64,000 nt of DNA from Betaproteobacteria bacterium (GCA_025362735.1 JANYFL010000034.1:3061-67060), one strand, 5' to 3'. Counted from the stretch's first letter, positions 45,643-58,161 are shown. Program-made: numbers and translations. Notes: generated by a model not told the origin, from the sequence alone.

Positions 45643-48600
45643 ATGAATCCTTCACGACTTTTCATCGCGCGACCGATTGCCACATCGCTGCTGATGATTG
45701 CGATTTTGCTCGCGGGAGTGGTTGCCTATCGCCAGCTGCCCATTTCGGCTTTGCCGCAAGTGGATTACCCGACTATCCAGGTTGTCACTCTGTATCCGGG
45801 TGCCAGTCCCGAAGTGATGACGACATCGGTGACCGCGCCGATGGAAAAGCAGTTCGGCCAGATTCCCGGCCTCAATCAGATGTCGTCGACGAGCTCGGGC
45901 GGCGCATCGGTCATTACCCTCCAGTTCAATCTTGATCTCAGCATTGATATTGCGGAACAGGAAGTGCAGGCCGCCATCAATGCCGGTGCCAATCTGCTTC
46001 CAGCGGACTTACCGACGCCACCGATTTATAGCAAGGTCAATCCAGCCGACGCGCCGATCCTGACGCTGGGTATTACATCCAGCACGATGCCGCTATCACG
46101 CGCGCAGGACTTGATTGATACGCGTCTCGCACAAAAAATTGCGCAATTGCCGGGGGTTGGTCTGGTCAGCCTGTCGGGTGGGCAAAAACCCGCGATCCGG
46201 ATTCAGGCCAACCCGGGTGCCGTGGCTGCGATGGACATTAGTCTTGATGATCTGCGTGCCGCGATTGCCAATGCCAACACCAGTCAGGCCAAAGGGAGTT
46301 TCGACGGCCCGGCTCGTGCTTCGACGATTGATGCCAATGATCAGCTCAAATCAGCCGATGAATACAAGAACCTGATCGTTGCCTATAAGAATGGTGCGCC
46401 GGTGCGGTTGATCGACGTAGCGGATGTCATTGATGGGACTGAGAATCGCAAGCTCGCGGCCTGGGCCAACGAGAAGCCAGCCGTTATCGTCAACATTCAG
46501 CGCCAGCCCGGCGCGAACGTGATCGAGGTCGTCAACAGCATCAAGGAATTGCTGCCCAAATTGCAGGCCTCGCTTCCGGCTTCTCTCGAAGTGACCACGC
46601 TGACGGATCGTACTGTCACGATCCGTGCTTCGGTCAAAGATGTTCAGTTCGAGTTGATGCTGGCCATAGTGCTGGTTGTGCTCGTGATCTTTCTATTCCT
46701 GCGCAATATTCCGGCAACTATTATTCCCAGCGTGGCCGTTCCGGTGTCTCTGGTCGGTACGTTTGGCTTCATGTATCTGGCCGGATTCTCGATCAATAAC
46801 CTGACGCTGATGGCACTGACGATTGCAACTGGTTTTGTTGTGGATGATGCCATCGTGATGATCGAGAATATCGCGCGCATCATGGAAGAGAGCGTGGCCG
46901 AGGGCAAGCCGCTATCGCCGATGCAGGCTGCACTGATTGGCTCAAAGCAGATCGGCTTCACCATCATCTCGCTGACGTTTTCATTGATTGCAGTACTGAT
47001 TCCGCTGCTGTTCATGGGCGATGTGGTCGGACGCTTGTTTCGCGAATTCGCGATCACCCTGGCAGTGTCGATTTTGATTTCTGCCGTGGTCTCATTGACG
47101 CTCACCCCGATGATGTGCGCGCGCTTGCTTAAGCATGTTCACCCTGAACAAGAAGGCAAGTTCGCCCGCAAGGTCAACGCACTCTTCGAGGACATCATTG
47201 CCCGTTACGCAGTGGCATTGCGTTGGGTGCTGAACCGGCAGTTCGCCACGCTGATGGTAGCCATCGGCACTCTGGTACTAACCGTACTGCTTTATATCCT
47301 TGTGCCCAAGGGTTTTTTCCCGGTGCAGGATACCGGCGTCATTCAAGGCATTACTGAAGCCTCGCAATCGATCTCCTTCCCCGCGATGGCAGCCCAGCAG
47401 GAAGCCGTGGCCAAGATGGTGCTGCAAGATCCGGCGGTTGAAAGTCTTTCATCGTTTATCGGCGTCGACGGCAGCAACGCCACGCTCAACGCCGGGCGCA
47501 TGCTCATCAATCTCAAACCTGAATCGGAGCGGAGTTTGCATGTGAGCGACGTGATTCGTCGCATTCAGTCGAATGTCAGCAAGTTGCAGGGCGTCGCACT
47601 TTACATGCAGCCGGTACAGGACTTGACGATTGAAGACCGTATCAGTCGTACCCAGTATCAGTTCACGTTGCAAGACACCGATGCCAAGGTTCTCAGCAAC
47701 TGGACTCAAAAACTCGTCGAGCATTTGCAACAGGTTCCGGAGTTGGCGGATGTCGCATCGGACGCGCAAGATCAGGGGCTGCAGGCTTTTGTCGAGATCG
47801 ACCGCGATGCGGCCTCACGTTTGGGCGTTACGCCTGCCACCATTGATACGGCGCTCTACAACGCTTTTGGTCAGCGCCTGATTTCGACGATTTATACCCA
47901 AGCCAGTCAGTACCGGGTTGTGCTTGAGGTCAAACCCGAGTTCCAGCTCAGTCCCAAATCGCTGGAACAACTCTACGTGACATCTCAGGTCAGTGGTCAG
48001 CCTGCGCAGCAGATTCCTTTGTCCAGTATTGCTCGCGTCGTAGAAAAAAATACTTCGCTGGTGATCAACCACATCGCACAGTTTCCAGCCTCGACGATTT
48101 CCTTCAATCTGGCTCCCGGCGCTTCGCTTGGCGAAGCCGTGAAAACCATCAAGAAGGCGGAAGAAGAAATCGGTTTGCCCATCACCATACAGACCAGCTT
48201 CCAGGGCGCGGCACTGGCCTTCCAGGCCTCACTCACCAATACGCTATTGTTGATTCTTGCGGCGATCGTCACGATGTATATCGTGCTCGGTGTGCTGTAT
48301 GAAAGCACGATTCATCCGGTGACAATACTCTCGACCCTGCCTTCGGCGGGTGTTGGTGCGTTGCTGGCATTGATCGTGTCACGCACCGATCTCAGCATCA
48401 TCGCGATTATTGGGATCATCCTGTTGATCGGCATCGTCAAGAAAAACGCCATCATGATGATCGACTTTGCGCTCGACGCAGAACGCAATGAAGGCAAGAG
48501 CCCCGAAGACGCCATCTATCAGGCTTGCCTGTTGCGCTTCCGTCCGATTCTGATGACAACCATGGCCGCTTTGCTGGGCGCTTTGCCATTGATGCTGGGG

Positions 48601-48837
48601 ACGGGCGTGGGATCAGAATTGCGTCACCCACTTGGCATCACCATGGTCGGTGGGCTGTTGGTGAGCCAGGTTCTCACACTGTTTACGACGCCGGTCATCT
48701 ATCTATACTTCGACCGACTGGCACGTCGCTTTGGCGTCCAGGCCGGTGAGCACATCAACACGGAAGACGACAACGAGAACGATCTGGATGATGAGCCAGA
48801 ACTCGATGACCCCAATCCAACGTCACGACCCGTCTGA
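45643..48837 (+). CDS. mdtB: RND multidrug efflux permease (MdtB/MuxB type)
   Basis: It is a 1064-aa AcrB-family protein ([25 protein letters not shown]...). It is the first of two tandem RND paralogs. Confidence 0.85.
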   Translation: MNPSRLFIARPIATSLLMIAILLAGVVAYRQLPISALPQVDYPTIQVVTLYPGASPEVMTTSVTAPMEKQFGQIPGLNQMSSTSSGGASVITLQFNLDLSIDIAEQEVQAAINAGANLLPADLPTPPIYSKVNPADAPILTLGITSSTMPLSRAQDLIDTRLAQKIAQLPGVGLVSLSGGQKPAIRIQANPGAVAAMDISLDDLRAAIANANTSQAKGSFDGPARASTIDANDQLKSADEYKNLIVAYKNGAPVRLIDVADVIDGTENRKLAAWANEKPAVIVNIQRQPGANVIEVVNSIKELLPKLQASLPASLEVTTLTDRTVTIRASVKDVQFELMLAIVLVVLVIFLFLRNIPATIIPSVAVPVSLVGTFGFMYLAGFSINNLTLMALTIATGFVVDDAIVMIENIARIMEESVAEGKPLSPMQAALIGSKQIGFTIISLTFSLIAVLIPLLFMGDVVGRLFREFAITLAVSILISAVVSLTLTPMMCARLLKHVHPEQEGKFARKVNALFEDIIARYAVALRWVLNRQFATLMVAIGTLVLTVLLYILVPKGFFPVQDTGVIQGITEASQSISFPAMAAQQEAVAKMVLQDPAVESLSSFIGVDGSNATLNAGRMLINLKPESERSLHVSDVIRRIQSNVSKLQGVALYMQPVQDLTIEDRISRTQYQFTLQDTDAKVLSNWTQKLVEHLQQVPELADVASDAQDQGLQAFVEIDRDAASRLGVTPATIDTALYNAFGQRLISTIYTQASQYRVVLEVKPEFQLSPKSLEQLYVTSQVSGQPAQQIPLSSIARVVEKNTSLVINHIAQFPASTISFNLAPGASLGEAVKTIKKAEEEIGLPITIQTSFQGAALAFQASLTNTLLLILAAIVTMYIVLGVLYESTIHPVTILSTLPSAGVGALLALIVSRTDLSIIAIIGIILLIGIVKKNAIMMIDFALDAERNEGKSPEDAIYQACLLRFRPILMTTMAALLGALPLMLGTGVGSELRHPLGITMVGGLLVSQVLTLFTTPVIYLYFDRLARRFGVQAGEHINTEDDNENDLDDEPELDDPNPTSRPV

Positions 48838-48852
48838 ATCAGAGCTGACACG

Positions 48853-51800
48853 ATGAACCTGTCGCGCCTATTCATTTATCGACCCGTTGCCACTTCATTA
48901 TTGGCGATTGGTCTCGTGTTGACCGGTATCGTCGGATTCAAATTGTTGCCCGTTGCGTCACTGCCGCAAGTGGATTTTCCGACTATCTCGGTAACGGCAC
49001 AGCAGGCGGGCGCGAGTCCGGAAACCATGGCTGCTACCGTCGCGACACCGCTCGAACGCTCGCTGGGTCAGATTGCCGGTGTGACTGAGATGACCTCGAA
49101 CAGCAGCAGTGGCAGAACGAATGTCGTTTTGCAGTTTGATCTGGATCGGGACATCGACGGTGCCGCGCGCGAGGTGCAAGCCGCGATCAATGCCGCGTTG
49201 CCTCTATTGCCGACCGGATTGAGTAGCCGGCCTTCGTATCGCAAGGTGAATCCCGCCGACCAGCCGATTGTCATTTTGGCGATGACCTCCGACACACTTT
49301 CGATGGGTCAGGTGTACGACGTCGCCGATACCATTCTCGGGCAACGTCTGGCCCAGGTCGAAGGCATCGGTCAGGTCAATATTGGTGGGGCGGCCAAACC
49401 CGCAGTACGGGTGGAATTGAATCCAACAGTATTGAACAAGCTCGGCATCGATATCGAAACCGTGCGCACAGCCATCACTTCTTCCAACGCCAATCGACCC
49501 AAAGGCTTTGTCTCGAATGGTAAAAATAGCTGGCAGATTTATGCCGATGATCAGACCAGGACGGCGGCTCAGTATCGCCCCTTGATTGTTGCCTACAAGA
49601 ATGGCGCGCCGATTCGTCTGGGCGATGTGGCCGAGGTCAGCGACTCGGTGGAGAACGTGCGCAATGCCGGTTATCTGAATGGCAAGAAATCCGTCTCGAT
49701 TCAACTTTTCCGTCAACCGAATGCCAACATCATCGAAACGGTTGATCGCATCAAGGCCTTGATGCCGATCCTGCAGGCTTCGATTCCATCCGGGATTGAT
49801 TTGATCGTCGCCAATGACCGCTCCAAGACCATTCGTTCTTCGCTCAAGGAGGTTGAGAAGACCCTGATGATTTCGGTTGCACTGGTGATCCTGGTGGTTT
49901 TTCTGTTCCTGCGTAATGGCCGGGCGACATGGGTGCCCGCAGTTGCGGTCCCGGTTTCGTTGATGGGAACGTTTGGTGTCATGTATCTCGTCGGATTTTC
50001 ACTGAATAATCTTTCGCTGATGGCGCTCACCGTTGCGACCGGTTTTGTTGTTGATGATGCCATTGTCGTTCTGGAAAATATCACGCGTCATGTCGAGAAC
50101 GGGATGACACCCTTCAAAGCCACGCTGCAGGGTACGCGTGAAGTGGGCTTTACCGTGTTGTCGATGTCCTTGTCGTTGATCGCCGTGTTTATTCCGGTCT
50201 TGTTGATGGGGGGGGTCATCGGTCGGCTGTTGCGCGAGTTTGCGATCACCTTGTCAATTTCAATCTTGATCTCGATGGTGGTGTCATTGACACTCACACC
50301 AATGATGTGCGCTCGCTTGCTGCGGCGTCACAAGACTGAAGCAGAAGCTGGGAATGCAACTTCGGCACCAGTTAATTCATATGGTTTCTGGTCTCGATTG
50401 AAATCAAGACTGGCATGGCCCACCCGTAAATTGCAGCAAGGCTCACTCTGGTTGACGGACGGAATGGCACGCGGTTATGAGCGTTCGCTCAAATGGGCGC
50501 TGCGTTTTAGCCCGGTGATGATCGTGATTCTAGCGGCTACAATTGCACTCAACATTTATCTTTACACCATCGTGCCCAAGGGGCTGTTCCCGCAGCAGGA
50601 TAACGGTCAGTTGATCGGCTTCGTACAGGCCGACCAGAGCTCGTCATTTCAATCGATGAAACCGAAAATGGAAGAGTTCATGCGGATTGTTCAAACCGAT
50701 CCGGCCGTTGAGAACATCGTTGCCTTTACCAGCGGCGGTGCACGTGCGCAATTGTTTGTCATTCTCAAACCTCTTGCAGATCGTCCCGGTCATGTTTCTG
50801 CAGACCAGGTGATCAATCGCATCCGTCCCAAAACGGCCAAGATCGCTGGCGGCAGCTTGAACATGCAAGCGACCCAGGATATTCGCATCGGTGGTCGCCA
50901 GAGTGACTCGCAATACCAGTTCACGCTGCAGGCGGATGAAGTCGAACTGTTGCGCACCTGGGAGAAAAAAATCCGCTTGGCCCTGGGTGATCTGGATGAA
51001 ATTACTGACGTCAATACCGATACGCAGGAACGGGGCCTGCAAACCTATATCCACATTGATCGTGAAGCCGCTGCACGCCTGGGGATCACGGTTCGCCAGA
51101 TCGACACGACCCTGAATAATCTTTTTGGTCAGCGTCAGGTCTCGACAATCTACAACGATCAAAACCAGTACAAGGTGGTGATGGAAGCTGCACCGCAATA
51201 CTGGCAAAGTCCAGAGACACTGAAAAATGTTTACGTCAGCAGTTCGAGTGGTGCGATTGTGCCGCTTTCCGCATTCAGCCGATTTGAACCGACAACGACC
51301 ACACTGGGTGTCAATCATCAAGGCCAGTTCGTCGCTTCAACGATCTCGTTCAACCTCAGCGAGGGCGTTTCGCTATCGCAGGCCACGGACGCGATCAACA
51401 ATGCCATGTCGCGCATCGGCGTGCCGAATTCCGTGCATGGAGTTTTTGCTGGTACGGCGAACGTGTTCCAGAAGACCTTGCAGAGTCAGCCCATGCTGAT
51501 ATTGGTGGCCTTGCTTGCGGTTTATATTGTTCTGGGTGTGCTGTATGAAAGTCTGATTCATCCGCTGACCATCATTTCAACCTTGCCTTCAGCGGGTGTC
51601 GGAGCACTGCTGGCCTTGTTATTGACTGGTACACAGTTCACCATCATTGCCTTTATTGCCGTGATCTTGCTGATTGGTATCGTCAAGAAAAACGCCATCA
51701 TGATGATCGACTTTGCGATCAGCGCCGAACGCGAGCGCGGACTCGATCCGAGGGATGCCATTTTTGAAGCCTGCAAACTTCGCTTCCGTCCGATCATGAT

Positions 51801-52041
51801 GACGACCATGGCCGCGCTGCTCGGTGCTGTACCCTTGATTGTGGCCACAGGGGAGGGTGTCGAGTTACGCCAGCCGCTAGGGATTGCGATTGTCGGTGGG
51901 CTGATCCTCAGTCAGTTGTTGACCCTTTATACGACGCCGGTGGTCTATGTGTATATGGATCGTTTCCAGTCCTGGACTCGTCGCATGCGCAAACGCTTTC
52001 AGACACGCCATGCCACCAGTTTGGCGATTGAAGAATCTTGA
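48853..52041 (+). CDS. mdtC: RND multidrug efflux permease (MdtC/MuxC type)
   Basis: It is a 1062-aa AcrB-family protein and the second tandem paralog. Confidence 0.85.
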   Translation: MNLSRLFIYRPVATSLLAIGLVLTGIVGFKLLPVASLPQVDFPTISVTAQQAGASPETMAATVATPLERSLGQIAGVTEMTSNSSSGRTNVVLQFDLDRDIDGAAREVQAAINAALPLLPTGLSSRPSYRKVNPADQPIVILAMTSDTLSMGQVYDVADTILGQRLAQVEGIGQVNIGGAAKPAVRVELNPTVLNKLGIDIETVRTAITSSNANRPKGFVSNGKNSWQIYADDQTRTAAQYRPLIVAYKNGAPIRLGDVAEVSDSVENVRNAGYLNGKKSVSIQLFRQPNANIIETVDRIKALMPILQASIPSGIDLIVANDRSKTIRSSLKEVEKTLMISVALVILVVFLFLRNGRATWVPAVAVPVSLMGTFGVMYLVGFSLNNLSLMALTVATGFVVDDAIVVLENITRHVENGMTPFKATLQGTREVGFTVLSMSLSLIAVFIPVLLMGGVIGRLLREFAITLSISILISMVVSLTLTPMMCARLLRRHKTEAEAGNATSAPVNSYGFWSRLKSRLAWPTRKLQQGSLWLTDGMARGYERSLKWALRFSPVMIVILAATIALNIYLYTIVPKGLFPQQDNGQLIGFVQADQSSSFQSMKPKMEEFMRIVQTDPAVENIVAFTSGGARAQLFVILKPLADRPGHVSADQVINRIRPKTAKIAGGSLNMQATQDIRIGGRQSDSQYQFTLQADEVELLRTWEKKIRLALGDLDEITDVNTDTQERGLQTYIHIDREAAARLGITVRQIDTTLNNLFGQRQVSTIYNDQNQYKVVMEAAPQYWQSPETLKNVYVSSSSGAIVPLSAFSRFEPTTTTLGVNHQGQFVASTISFNLSEGVSLSQATDAINNAMSRIGVPNSVHGVFAGTANVFQKTLQSQPMLILVALLAVYIVLGVLYESLIHPLTIISTLPSAGVGALLALLLTGTQFTIIAFIAVILLIGIVKKNAIMMIDFAISAERERGLDPRDAIFEACKLRFRPIMMTTMAALLGAVPLIVATGEGVELRQPLGIAIVGGLILSQLLTLYTTPVVYVYMDRFQSWTRRMRKRFQTRHATSLAIEES

Positions 52042-52103
52042 GCAGGATTTTTTATTCATGGACACCCAGCTTTATCCAATCTGAATGTGATCAAAAACGC
52101 AAC

Positions 52104-53642
52104 ATGAAAAAAAAAGGTCGAGCCCTTCGTTTTCCTACCAAGCATTGGCTTGTCGCCGCAGCCAGCGTAGCGGTATTGTGCGGCTGCGCAGTGGGCCCTG
52201 ATTATGTCCGTCCCGCATTGAGTGCTCCTGCTGCATACAAGGAGTCCAGTAATCTGGAAACGGCAGTGCCTGCAAATTCTTCGGCGAGCGCGAGTGGCCC
52301 GGTCTGGCGTCCCGCTCAGCCTAACGATAATGTTCCGCGCGGAAAATGGTGGGAAGCATTCGGGGATACTCAACTCAATGCTTTGCAGGAACAAGTGGTT
52401 GTTTCAAACCAGACCATCGCGCAGGCCGAAGCCCAATTTAGATCGGCACGTGCGCAACTGGATGGAAGTCGGGCTGGTCTTTTCCCAACTCTGAATCTGA
52501 CTGCCGCTGAACGTCGCTCTGGCCCGGCGGTTACGACCAACTTCAATACAACGACCAGTGGTACTGGGACTTCCATCAATCGTTACGGCACCACAGCCAG
52601 TGCATCGTTGGGCCTATCCTGGGAGATTGATCTCTGGGGCAAGCTGCGTCGCGGTGTTGAATCGAAAGAGGCGGGCGCGTTTGCAAGTGCAGCCGACTTG
52701 GCCAATGCACAACTGTCTGCGCAGAGCGATCTGGCTAACAACTACTTCAAGCTGAGACTGGTCGATTCGCAAAAGGAATTGCTCAAGGCCACACTGGATG
52801 CCTATCAAAAATCTCTGGATTTGACGCGCAACCGTTATAACGGTGGTGTGGCAGCACGATCCGATGTCGTGCAAGCGGAAACGCAGTACAAGACCACGCA
52901 GGTTCAAGCGATCGATCTTGATGTCCAGCGTACCCAGTTGGAACATGCGATTGCCTTGCTGCTCGGCAAGCCGGCTTCAAGTTTTTCGATACCGGCCAAT
53001 CCTTTGCATATGGATAAGCCGGAGCTGCCACTCATTCCTTCAGCAGGACTTCCATCGGAGTTGCTCGAACGTCGTCCCGATATTGCAGGCGCGGAACGCC
53101 GCATGATCGCCGCTAATGCCGCAATCGGCGTGGCCAAGTCGGCCTACTTTCCCTCGTTGAGTTTGAGTGCCACCAATGGCTATAGCGGTTCCACATTCAA
53201 TGATCTGATCTCTGCCGCCAATCGCACGTGGTCTTTCGGTCCTTCACTGGTTCTCAATCTGTTCGATGCAGGCGCGCAGCGTGCGGCCACGCGTCAGGCC
53301 GCAGCCGAATATGACGCCAGTGTAGCGACCTATCGACAAACGGTTTTGAATGGCTTCAAGGAAGTCGAAGACTATCTTGCGCAGATTCGCATATACGAAC
53401 TCGAAGCGGATGCGCAAAACGACGCATTGATGTCTGCGCGTGAAGCGCTGGATCTGGTGATCAATCAGTACAAGGCCGGCACGGTCAGTTACCTTAATGT
53501 CATCTCGGCTCAGGCAACTGCCTTTGCCGCCGAACGGAATGTGGCCACATTGCTAGGCAATCGGTTAACAGCCACGATACTGCTGATCAAAGCACTCGGT
53601 GGTGGCTGGAGCAGCAACGACCTGACGCTCGTATCGAAATAA
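52104..53642 (+). CDS. Efflux outer-membrane factor lipoprotein (NodT/OprM family, OpmB-like)
   Basis: It has a lipobox (VAVLCGCAVGP) and the motifs WWEAFGDTQLNAL and ERRPDIAGAERR. The internal ATG at 52104 of track ORF 52038..53642 is preferred. Confidence 0.9.
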   Translation: MKKKGRALRFPTKHWLVAAASVAVLCGCAVGPDYVRPALSAPAAYKESSNLETAVPANSSASASGPVWRPAQPNDNVPRGKWWEAFGDTQLNALQEQVVVSNQTIAQAEAQFRSARAQLDGSRAGLFPTLNLTAAERRSGPAVTTNFNTTTSGTGTSINRYGTTASASLGLSWEIDLWGKLRRGVESKEAGAFASAADLANAQLSAQSDLANNYFKLRLVDSQKELLKATLDAYQKSLDLTRNRYNGGVAARSDVVQAETQYKTTQVQAIDLDVQRTQLEHAIALLLGKPASSFSIPANPLHMDKPELPLIPSAGLPSELLERRPDIAGAERRMIAANAAIGVAKSAYFPSLSLSATNGYSGSTFNDLISAANRTWSFGPSLVLNLFDAGAQRAATRQAAAEYDASVATYRQTVLNGFKEVEDYLAQIRIYELEADAQNDALMSAREALDLVINQYKAGTVSYLNVISAQATAFAAERNVATLLGNRLTATILLIKALGGGWSSNDLTLVSK

Positions 53643-53650
53643 GCTGCTTG

Positions 53651-54457
53651 TTAGATCTGGACTTGAATCGTCACGCGTCGCTTTGATGCCTCCTTCAGTG
53701 CTTCGCTGGCATTGGAATCGGCTGGCGGATCACCTTGCCACGAGAGCGTGATCATGGATTTTGGGATACCGAGTCGGGTGAGGGCTTCGTTAACCATCAA
53801 GGCCCGGGCCTTGGCGAAGTTGATGTTTTCCTGAATACTGCGGCCTGATGCGAGGTCAGGCTGAGTTGACGCATAACCGGTCACGATAATCTGTTTGGCC
53901 TTGCCCACTTTTGCCAGACGCACCGCTTCCTGAAGAATAATTTCAGCGTGCTGATAGATCAGGTAATCATCGTTGTAATTGAACAGGATCGTGAAGTCAC
54001 GCGTGACGTAGGGTGGCTTGGGTTGTGGCTGGGGAAGGTAGTTCGGCGTCATTGCCGTGCTGGGCACCTGATAGTTCAGACCGGCATAACCCTCTGCAGG
54101 AATGAGAAAAGGCTTGCAGCTTGTGGGCAGGACGGAAACACGCACGGTCTTGAGCACGACCCCGCCACAGGCTTCGGTCCCGCTCCCGGTTTTTGTTTGA
54201 TCAACGTCCGGCAGCATTGCTTCAACCAGAACTTCTTGTCCAAGCTGCGGCTTGGTATGCGAACGTTGCAGGTCATAGCGGATACCCGTCTCGTCATCGT
54301 TGACTAGCCAGCAGCCGGACTTACGTGCAAGGACAGTGTCACGATAGATGGGGCAGGCAATGAAGTGCTTGGCGATTTCGGCTGCGATCACTGCTTCGTG
54401 TGCAAGCAGCAGGCCTGTCAACAAAACCACTTGGATACGGGACTGGTTATTCATCAC
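53651..54457 (-). CDS. Exported protein with a divergent C-terminal OmpA-like domain
   Basis: It has a signal peptide. The C-terminal sequence IIVTGYAS...NINFAKARALMVNEALTRLGI...KRRVTIQV resembles OmpA_C. Its start overlaps the upstream stop by 4 nt. Confidence 0.6.
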   Translation of the reverse strand: MMNNQSRIQVVLLTGLLLAHEAVIAAEIAKHFIACPIYRDTVLARKSGCWLVNDDETGIRYDLQRSHTKPQLGQEVLVEAMLPDVDQTKTGSGTEACGGVVLKTVRVSVLPTSCKPFLIPAEGYAGLNYQVPSTAMTPNYLPQPQPKPPYVTRDFTILFNYNDDYLIYQHAEIILQEAVRLAKVGKAKQIIVTGYASTQPDLASGRSIQENINFAKARALMVNEALTRLGIPKSMITLSWQGDPPADSNASEALKEASKRRVTIQVQI

Positions 54458-56016
54458 AGCACGCTCATCAGATTGGTCAAATCCTGCTTTTCCTGCTCGG
54501 TGTAGCCGATGTTGTAGCGCCGGTCGTAGAAGTCAACGATCTCACGAATCGTCTTGGCTGTGCCGTTCGAAAAATAAGGGGGGCGCGCAGACAGTCCGCG
54601 CAACGACTGCATCGTGATCTTGCCGATGTCTTTGCACTTTCCTGTTGTCAGTGCAAAACCGGGATCCTGCGTATAGATGACGCGGCCCAGATAAGGGTGC
54701 GGCGGCACATCGGGCTTGCAGGTCAGCTTGAATAGCGGTAACTCGGGCGACGGATTGGCGTAGGGCAGGTTGGTGGTGCCGAGATCAACCTGGCCGGGTG
54801 CGACGTCCATGCCAGTACGCAGCATGTTGTGGCAAAGTGAGCAGCCGTCGCGGATGGGATTGCCCATGGGTGACATGTTATTGAGTCCGGCTGAATCGGA
54901 GATCAGGAAAGTGCGTCTGCTGTAAACCTCAATGCCACGCACGACGGATTCACGAAAGGCGCGCTGCTCTTCATTGGCAGCGGGGGCATTTTTCCAGGCC
55001 TTGTACTCTTCCGACCAGCTCGGATTATTGGCAGTACTTTGCAGCGCTCCAGCTTGTGACCGTTCGAGAAATTCGGGTCCGCCCTGCGTTCCATTTTCGT
55101 TGAGCTTGCCGCCCTGTTTGTCAAAGCTTTGCGCCGTATAGAGCCGGGTTTCAAAATCAATGATTTGCTGGATCTGCTGCAACTGTTTTGAATCGGGCTT
55201 GCTGTTTTTGAATTGAACTTCCAGATGCCAGCGCATCGCATCGACAGCCTGGGCTTTCAAGGTCAATGCGCGTGCATCGGCCATCAGATTACCGCTGGTC
55301 GGTGCACCCGTTTCAGGGTCGAGAATCATCGGCAAACCGTTCTTCGGTTCAAAGTCATAGCCGATGGCGGTCAGATACTTGGTATTGGTCGCGGCGCGCG
55401 GTCGCCGGAACACCGAGATATAAGGGCGGGCACTGTTCAACCCATAGGTCTTGTCGAGATTGCAGCCGGTCGGATCGCGCACGACTTCGATGGTGAATTC
55501 CGGTTCGATGGCGCTGCCGTCGGATGCTTTCGGCGGCCACGGGCGAAAGATTCGAAACAGTCCGCGTTCGAGCAGCAACGAATGGGACGAGGCTTTGTCC
55601 TGTGGCAGGGAAGGACAGTTGGAACCATCAATGGCGGCGAACAGCGGGTCTTTACCCTGCGTGACATCCCAACGCTGGCGAATCGTATCGACCGAAATAC
55701 TCATGCCATCGGCAGGCTGATGGCAACTCACGCAGGCGCGCCCATTGCTGCCTAAAGGTGTGAAGAAGGCATGACCCTCCGTCTTCATAGGCCCGGCGAG
55801 ATTCAGGGTGCTGACCACGCCATTCGGATTTTCTGCCGATAAGGTGTGCGGAAATTCGCGCTTGCTGTTGGGGGCCCACCAGTGTTCGGCGGTCTTGACA
55901 ACATCGGACAGGTCGGCTGCCGAAGCGACAAAAGCAGATACGGTGACGGTGCCAATCAAGGCAAACGTAAACCGCTTGCGGCCCGATGAGCGGAGTAACT
56001 GTTTAATGGGGGTCAT
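54454..56016 (-). CDS. Di-heme cytochrome c peroxidase-like protein (520 aa)
   Basis: It has a signal peptide and two CxxCH sites (GRACVSCHQPADGMS and GCSLCHNM) about 290 aa apart. Confidence 0.65.
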   Translation of the reverse strand: MTPIKQLLRSSGRKRFTFALIGTVTVSAFVASAADLSDVVKTAEHWWAPNSKREFPHTLSAENPNGVVSTLNLAGPMKTEGHAFFTPLGSNGRACVSCHQPADGMSISVDTIRQRWDVTQGKDPLFAAIDGSNCPSLPQDKASSHSLLLERGLFRIFRPWPPKASDGSAIEPEFTIEVVRDPTGCNLDKTYGLNSARPYISVFRRPRAATNTKYLTAIGYDFEPKNGLPMILDPETGAPTSGNLMADARALTLKAQAVDAMRWHLEVQFKNSKPDSKQLQQIQQIIDFETRLYTAQSFDKQGGKLNENGTQGGPEFLERSQAGALQSTANNPSWSEEYKAWKNAPAANEEQRAFRESVVRGIEVYSRRTFLISDSAGLNNMSPMGNPIRDGCSLCHNMLRTGMDVAPGQVDLGTTNLPYANPSPELPLFKLTCKPDVPPHPYLGRVIYTQDPGFALTTGKCKDIGKITMQSLRGLSARPPYFSNGTAKTIREIVDFYDRRYNIGYTEQEKQDLTNLMSVL

Positions 56017-56026
56017 CTATATTCCA

Positions 56027-57463
56027 TCAGGGCTTGAGCCCGCCTGGTTCTCCCGGACAGTTTGGCTCGCGTGTCGAGCATGAACGCAAGAAGGGTGCGG
56101 GGTGATAGTCGATGAACACAGCGCCATCAAGGTGGAGTGATCCTGCCAGCCTGTTCAACGACTGAACTTTCGTACTGTCCTTGTCACCGTTTTCCCATTG
56201 ACCCCGAGCCAGACTTTGTTCGAGTGTCAGCAGCGCAGCAATGCTTTCAGCCTGGTTGAAATTGCAGTGCCCGGTGCGCTGCACGTAAGCAGTGCGAACG
56301 AGCTCAGGATGTCCGGCTTGCCGGACGAGTTGCGCATAATCGCCATTGAATTCGACCAGTGTGACGGGATCGGCCACAGCCTGCACCAGTAGCATCGGCT
56401 TTTTAATATTGCCGCTCGGTACGTAATTCTTTTTCATATAAGCCACAGACTCGGGCTCGGCCGCAATGCGTGATGCGTTGGCGAGCAGGGCCAAGTCTTT
56501 GTCGAGACTGAGGCCGGCTTGTTGATACAACGCGCGCAGAAAATCCTCACGACCCGAGCGCGCAACCAGTGCTGCATAGTCAATGCCGGTGTTCCATGAG
56601 AAATTGCCTCCCGCGCGCTTCTCCTGATCGTCACGCGGGAGGAGGATGCCGCCGAGCAGACCCTTGTAGAGTTGCTCCTGCTGCGCCACGTATGCTTTCG
56701 GATGTGGCTGAGGAATTTTCGGGTCAATCCATGGCGGAACCTGGGCCAGCGTGGCGGCCAGTGCAATACGTGCGCGTCCTTGTGGCGTCAACTGTGCCGG
56801 ATCAAGTTGCTGTTTCCACGCAGCCATATCGGCTTTGCCTTGTTCTCCGACGCTATTGAACAGAATAGGCAAATTTGAATCGGGTGCGGCCAGAGTTTTG
56901 AAAACAAAGGCGCCATCGAGAGCCGCATTCATCATCCCGACCGAACCGCCTGCCGAAGCACATAAAGCCAGGCCGCCATCAATCCGTTCAGGAAATTTTT
57001 CCATCAATGCGATGGTGATCAATCCGCCCATTGAACTACCCCAGGCAATCGTGTGCCTTGGTTTGCTAAACTGACGGATAAAGCTATCCAGCGTGGCGAT
57101 CTGATCCGGCACAGCTTCCTCAATCGCCCAGCCGACCTTGGCATAGGAGGATCCGATCAGCGCATAACCGTTTGCCAGCAGCCAATCCTTTTCATTGCGT
57201 GGAAAATTGCGTGCTGGATTATTGGGACCTGCCGCATGCCCATGACTGAACAGCAGTGTGGTGCCGTTCCAGTTCGATGGCATATCGAAGACATATGTTG
57301 CACCGCTACTGAGCTGGCCCTCCAGATGTTGGTTGGTTGGTTTAACTTCCTGTGCCGATACGTACGACAGGAATAAAAAAAACAAGCTGAAAATGATTGA
57401 AATGCCAGGATGTCGAGAAGCAGGTCCAGCGGTAGTGGAAATCAATGGCTTCATCATGTTCAA
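56027..57463 (-). CDS. Secreted alpha/beta-fold hydrolase (478 aa)
   Basis: It has a signal peptide (IIFSLFFLFLSYVSAQE) and the nucleophile elbow GSSMGG. Its start overlaps the gntR-family stop by 4 nt. Confidence 0.65.
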   Translation of the reverse strand: MNMMKPLISTTAGPASRHPGISIIFSLFFLFLSYVSAQEVKPTNQHLEGQLSSGATYVFDMPSNWNGTTLLFSHGHAAGPNNPARNFPRNEKDWLLANGYALIGSSYAKVGWAIEEAVPDQIATLDSFIRQFSKPRHTIAWGSSMGGLITIALMEKFPERIDGGLALCASAGGSVGMMNAALDGAFVFKTLAAPDSNLPILFNSVGEQGKADMAAWKQQLDPAQLTPQGRARIALAATLAQVPPWIDPKIPQPHPKAYVAQQEQLYKGLLGGILLPRDDQEKRAGGNFSWNTGIDYAALVARSGREDFLRALYQQAGLSLDKDLALLANASRIAAEPESVAYMKKNYVPSGNIKKPMLLVQAVADPVTLVEFNGDYAQLVRQAGHPELVRTAYVQRTGHCNFNQAESIAALLTLEQSLARGQWENGDKDSTKVQSLNRLAGSLHLDGAVFIDYHPAPFLRSCSTREPNCPGEPGGLKP

Positions 57464-58161
57464 GCGAAAAAATGATCGTCCAGAGAACGAATCAGTTTCA
57501 GACTGTCTCCCACATGCCGCCGCATGATTCTTTCGGCGGCGGCGGCATCGCCGTCGAGTATGGCTTTGGTGATCAACCGGTGATCGGCATTGGCTGCCAT
57601 CAGTTCGTTGACGTCGAAGAAGCGATGAAACTGAGCCAGGAGCAGTGGCAGTCTTAAGCGCTCAAGGTGTTCACGCAGCAAAACATTTCCAGAAGTGGTT
57701 CGAATAAAGCAGTGATAGTCATCATTCAGTTTCCTGAACTGGTCGTGTTGCAACATGCGTTCAGCCTTATCCATCGACGCCTGCAATCCCTTCAATTCGG
57801 TTTTCTGGGCGGCGGTCAGTTTTGTTTTTGCGGTCAGGCGCACGGCAAAACCTTCGAGCAAAGCGCGCAGCTCGTACATCTCGACTACTTCCTGTCGAGA
57901 CAGTTTCTTGACGCTGGCTCCCTTGAATTCCTCGATCTGGACAAAGCCTTCGGCAGCCATCAGTTTGAAGGCGTCACGCACATGGGCACGGGTCGCACCG
58001 GTCGCTTTGACAATATCGCTTTCAACCAGTCGATGTCCTGCACCGATGGCACCGATCTTGATCTGATATTTGAGATGCTCCACCACTCTCTCAATCGAGG
58101 TGGCTGGGGGCAGCCGTTTTTTTACAGTCAGGGAAGTTTCGTTATCTGGCTTTTTCATCAT
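57460..58161 (-). CDS. GntR-family transcriptional regulator (FadR/FCD subfamily)
   Basis: It has an N-terminal winged helix-turn-helix (LVESDIVKATGATRAHVRDAFKLMAAEGFV) and a C-terminal all-helical FCD-type domain. Confidence 0.85.
   Translation of the reverse strand: MMKKPDNETSLTVKKRLPPATSIERVVEHLKYQIKIGAIGAGHRLVESDIVKATGATRAHVRDAFKLMAAEGFVQIEEFKGASVKKLSRQEVVEMYELRALLEGFAVRLTAKTKLTAAQKTELKGLQASMDKAERMLQHDQFRKLNDDYHCFIRTTSGNVLLREHLERLRLPLLLAQFHRFFDVNELMAANADHRLITKAILDGDAAAAERIMRRHVGDSLKLIRSLDDHFFA

Noticed and set aside
44492-45655. A 387-aa ORF antisense to mdtA. Similar long antisense ORFs are 25457..26257 in clpB, 2118..2864, 12936..13781, 17630..18301, 31522..32181 and 50644..51321.
   Set aside because: These lie entirely inside well-supported genes on the other strand. 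Their translations are low-complexity, R/C/H-rich, and match no family. They are classic shadow ORFs.
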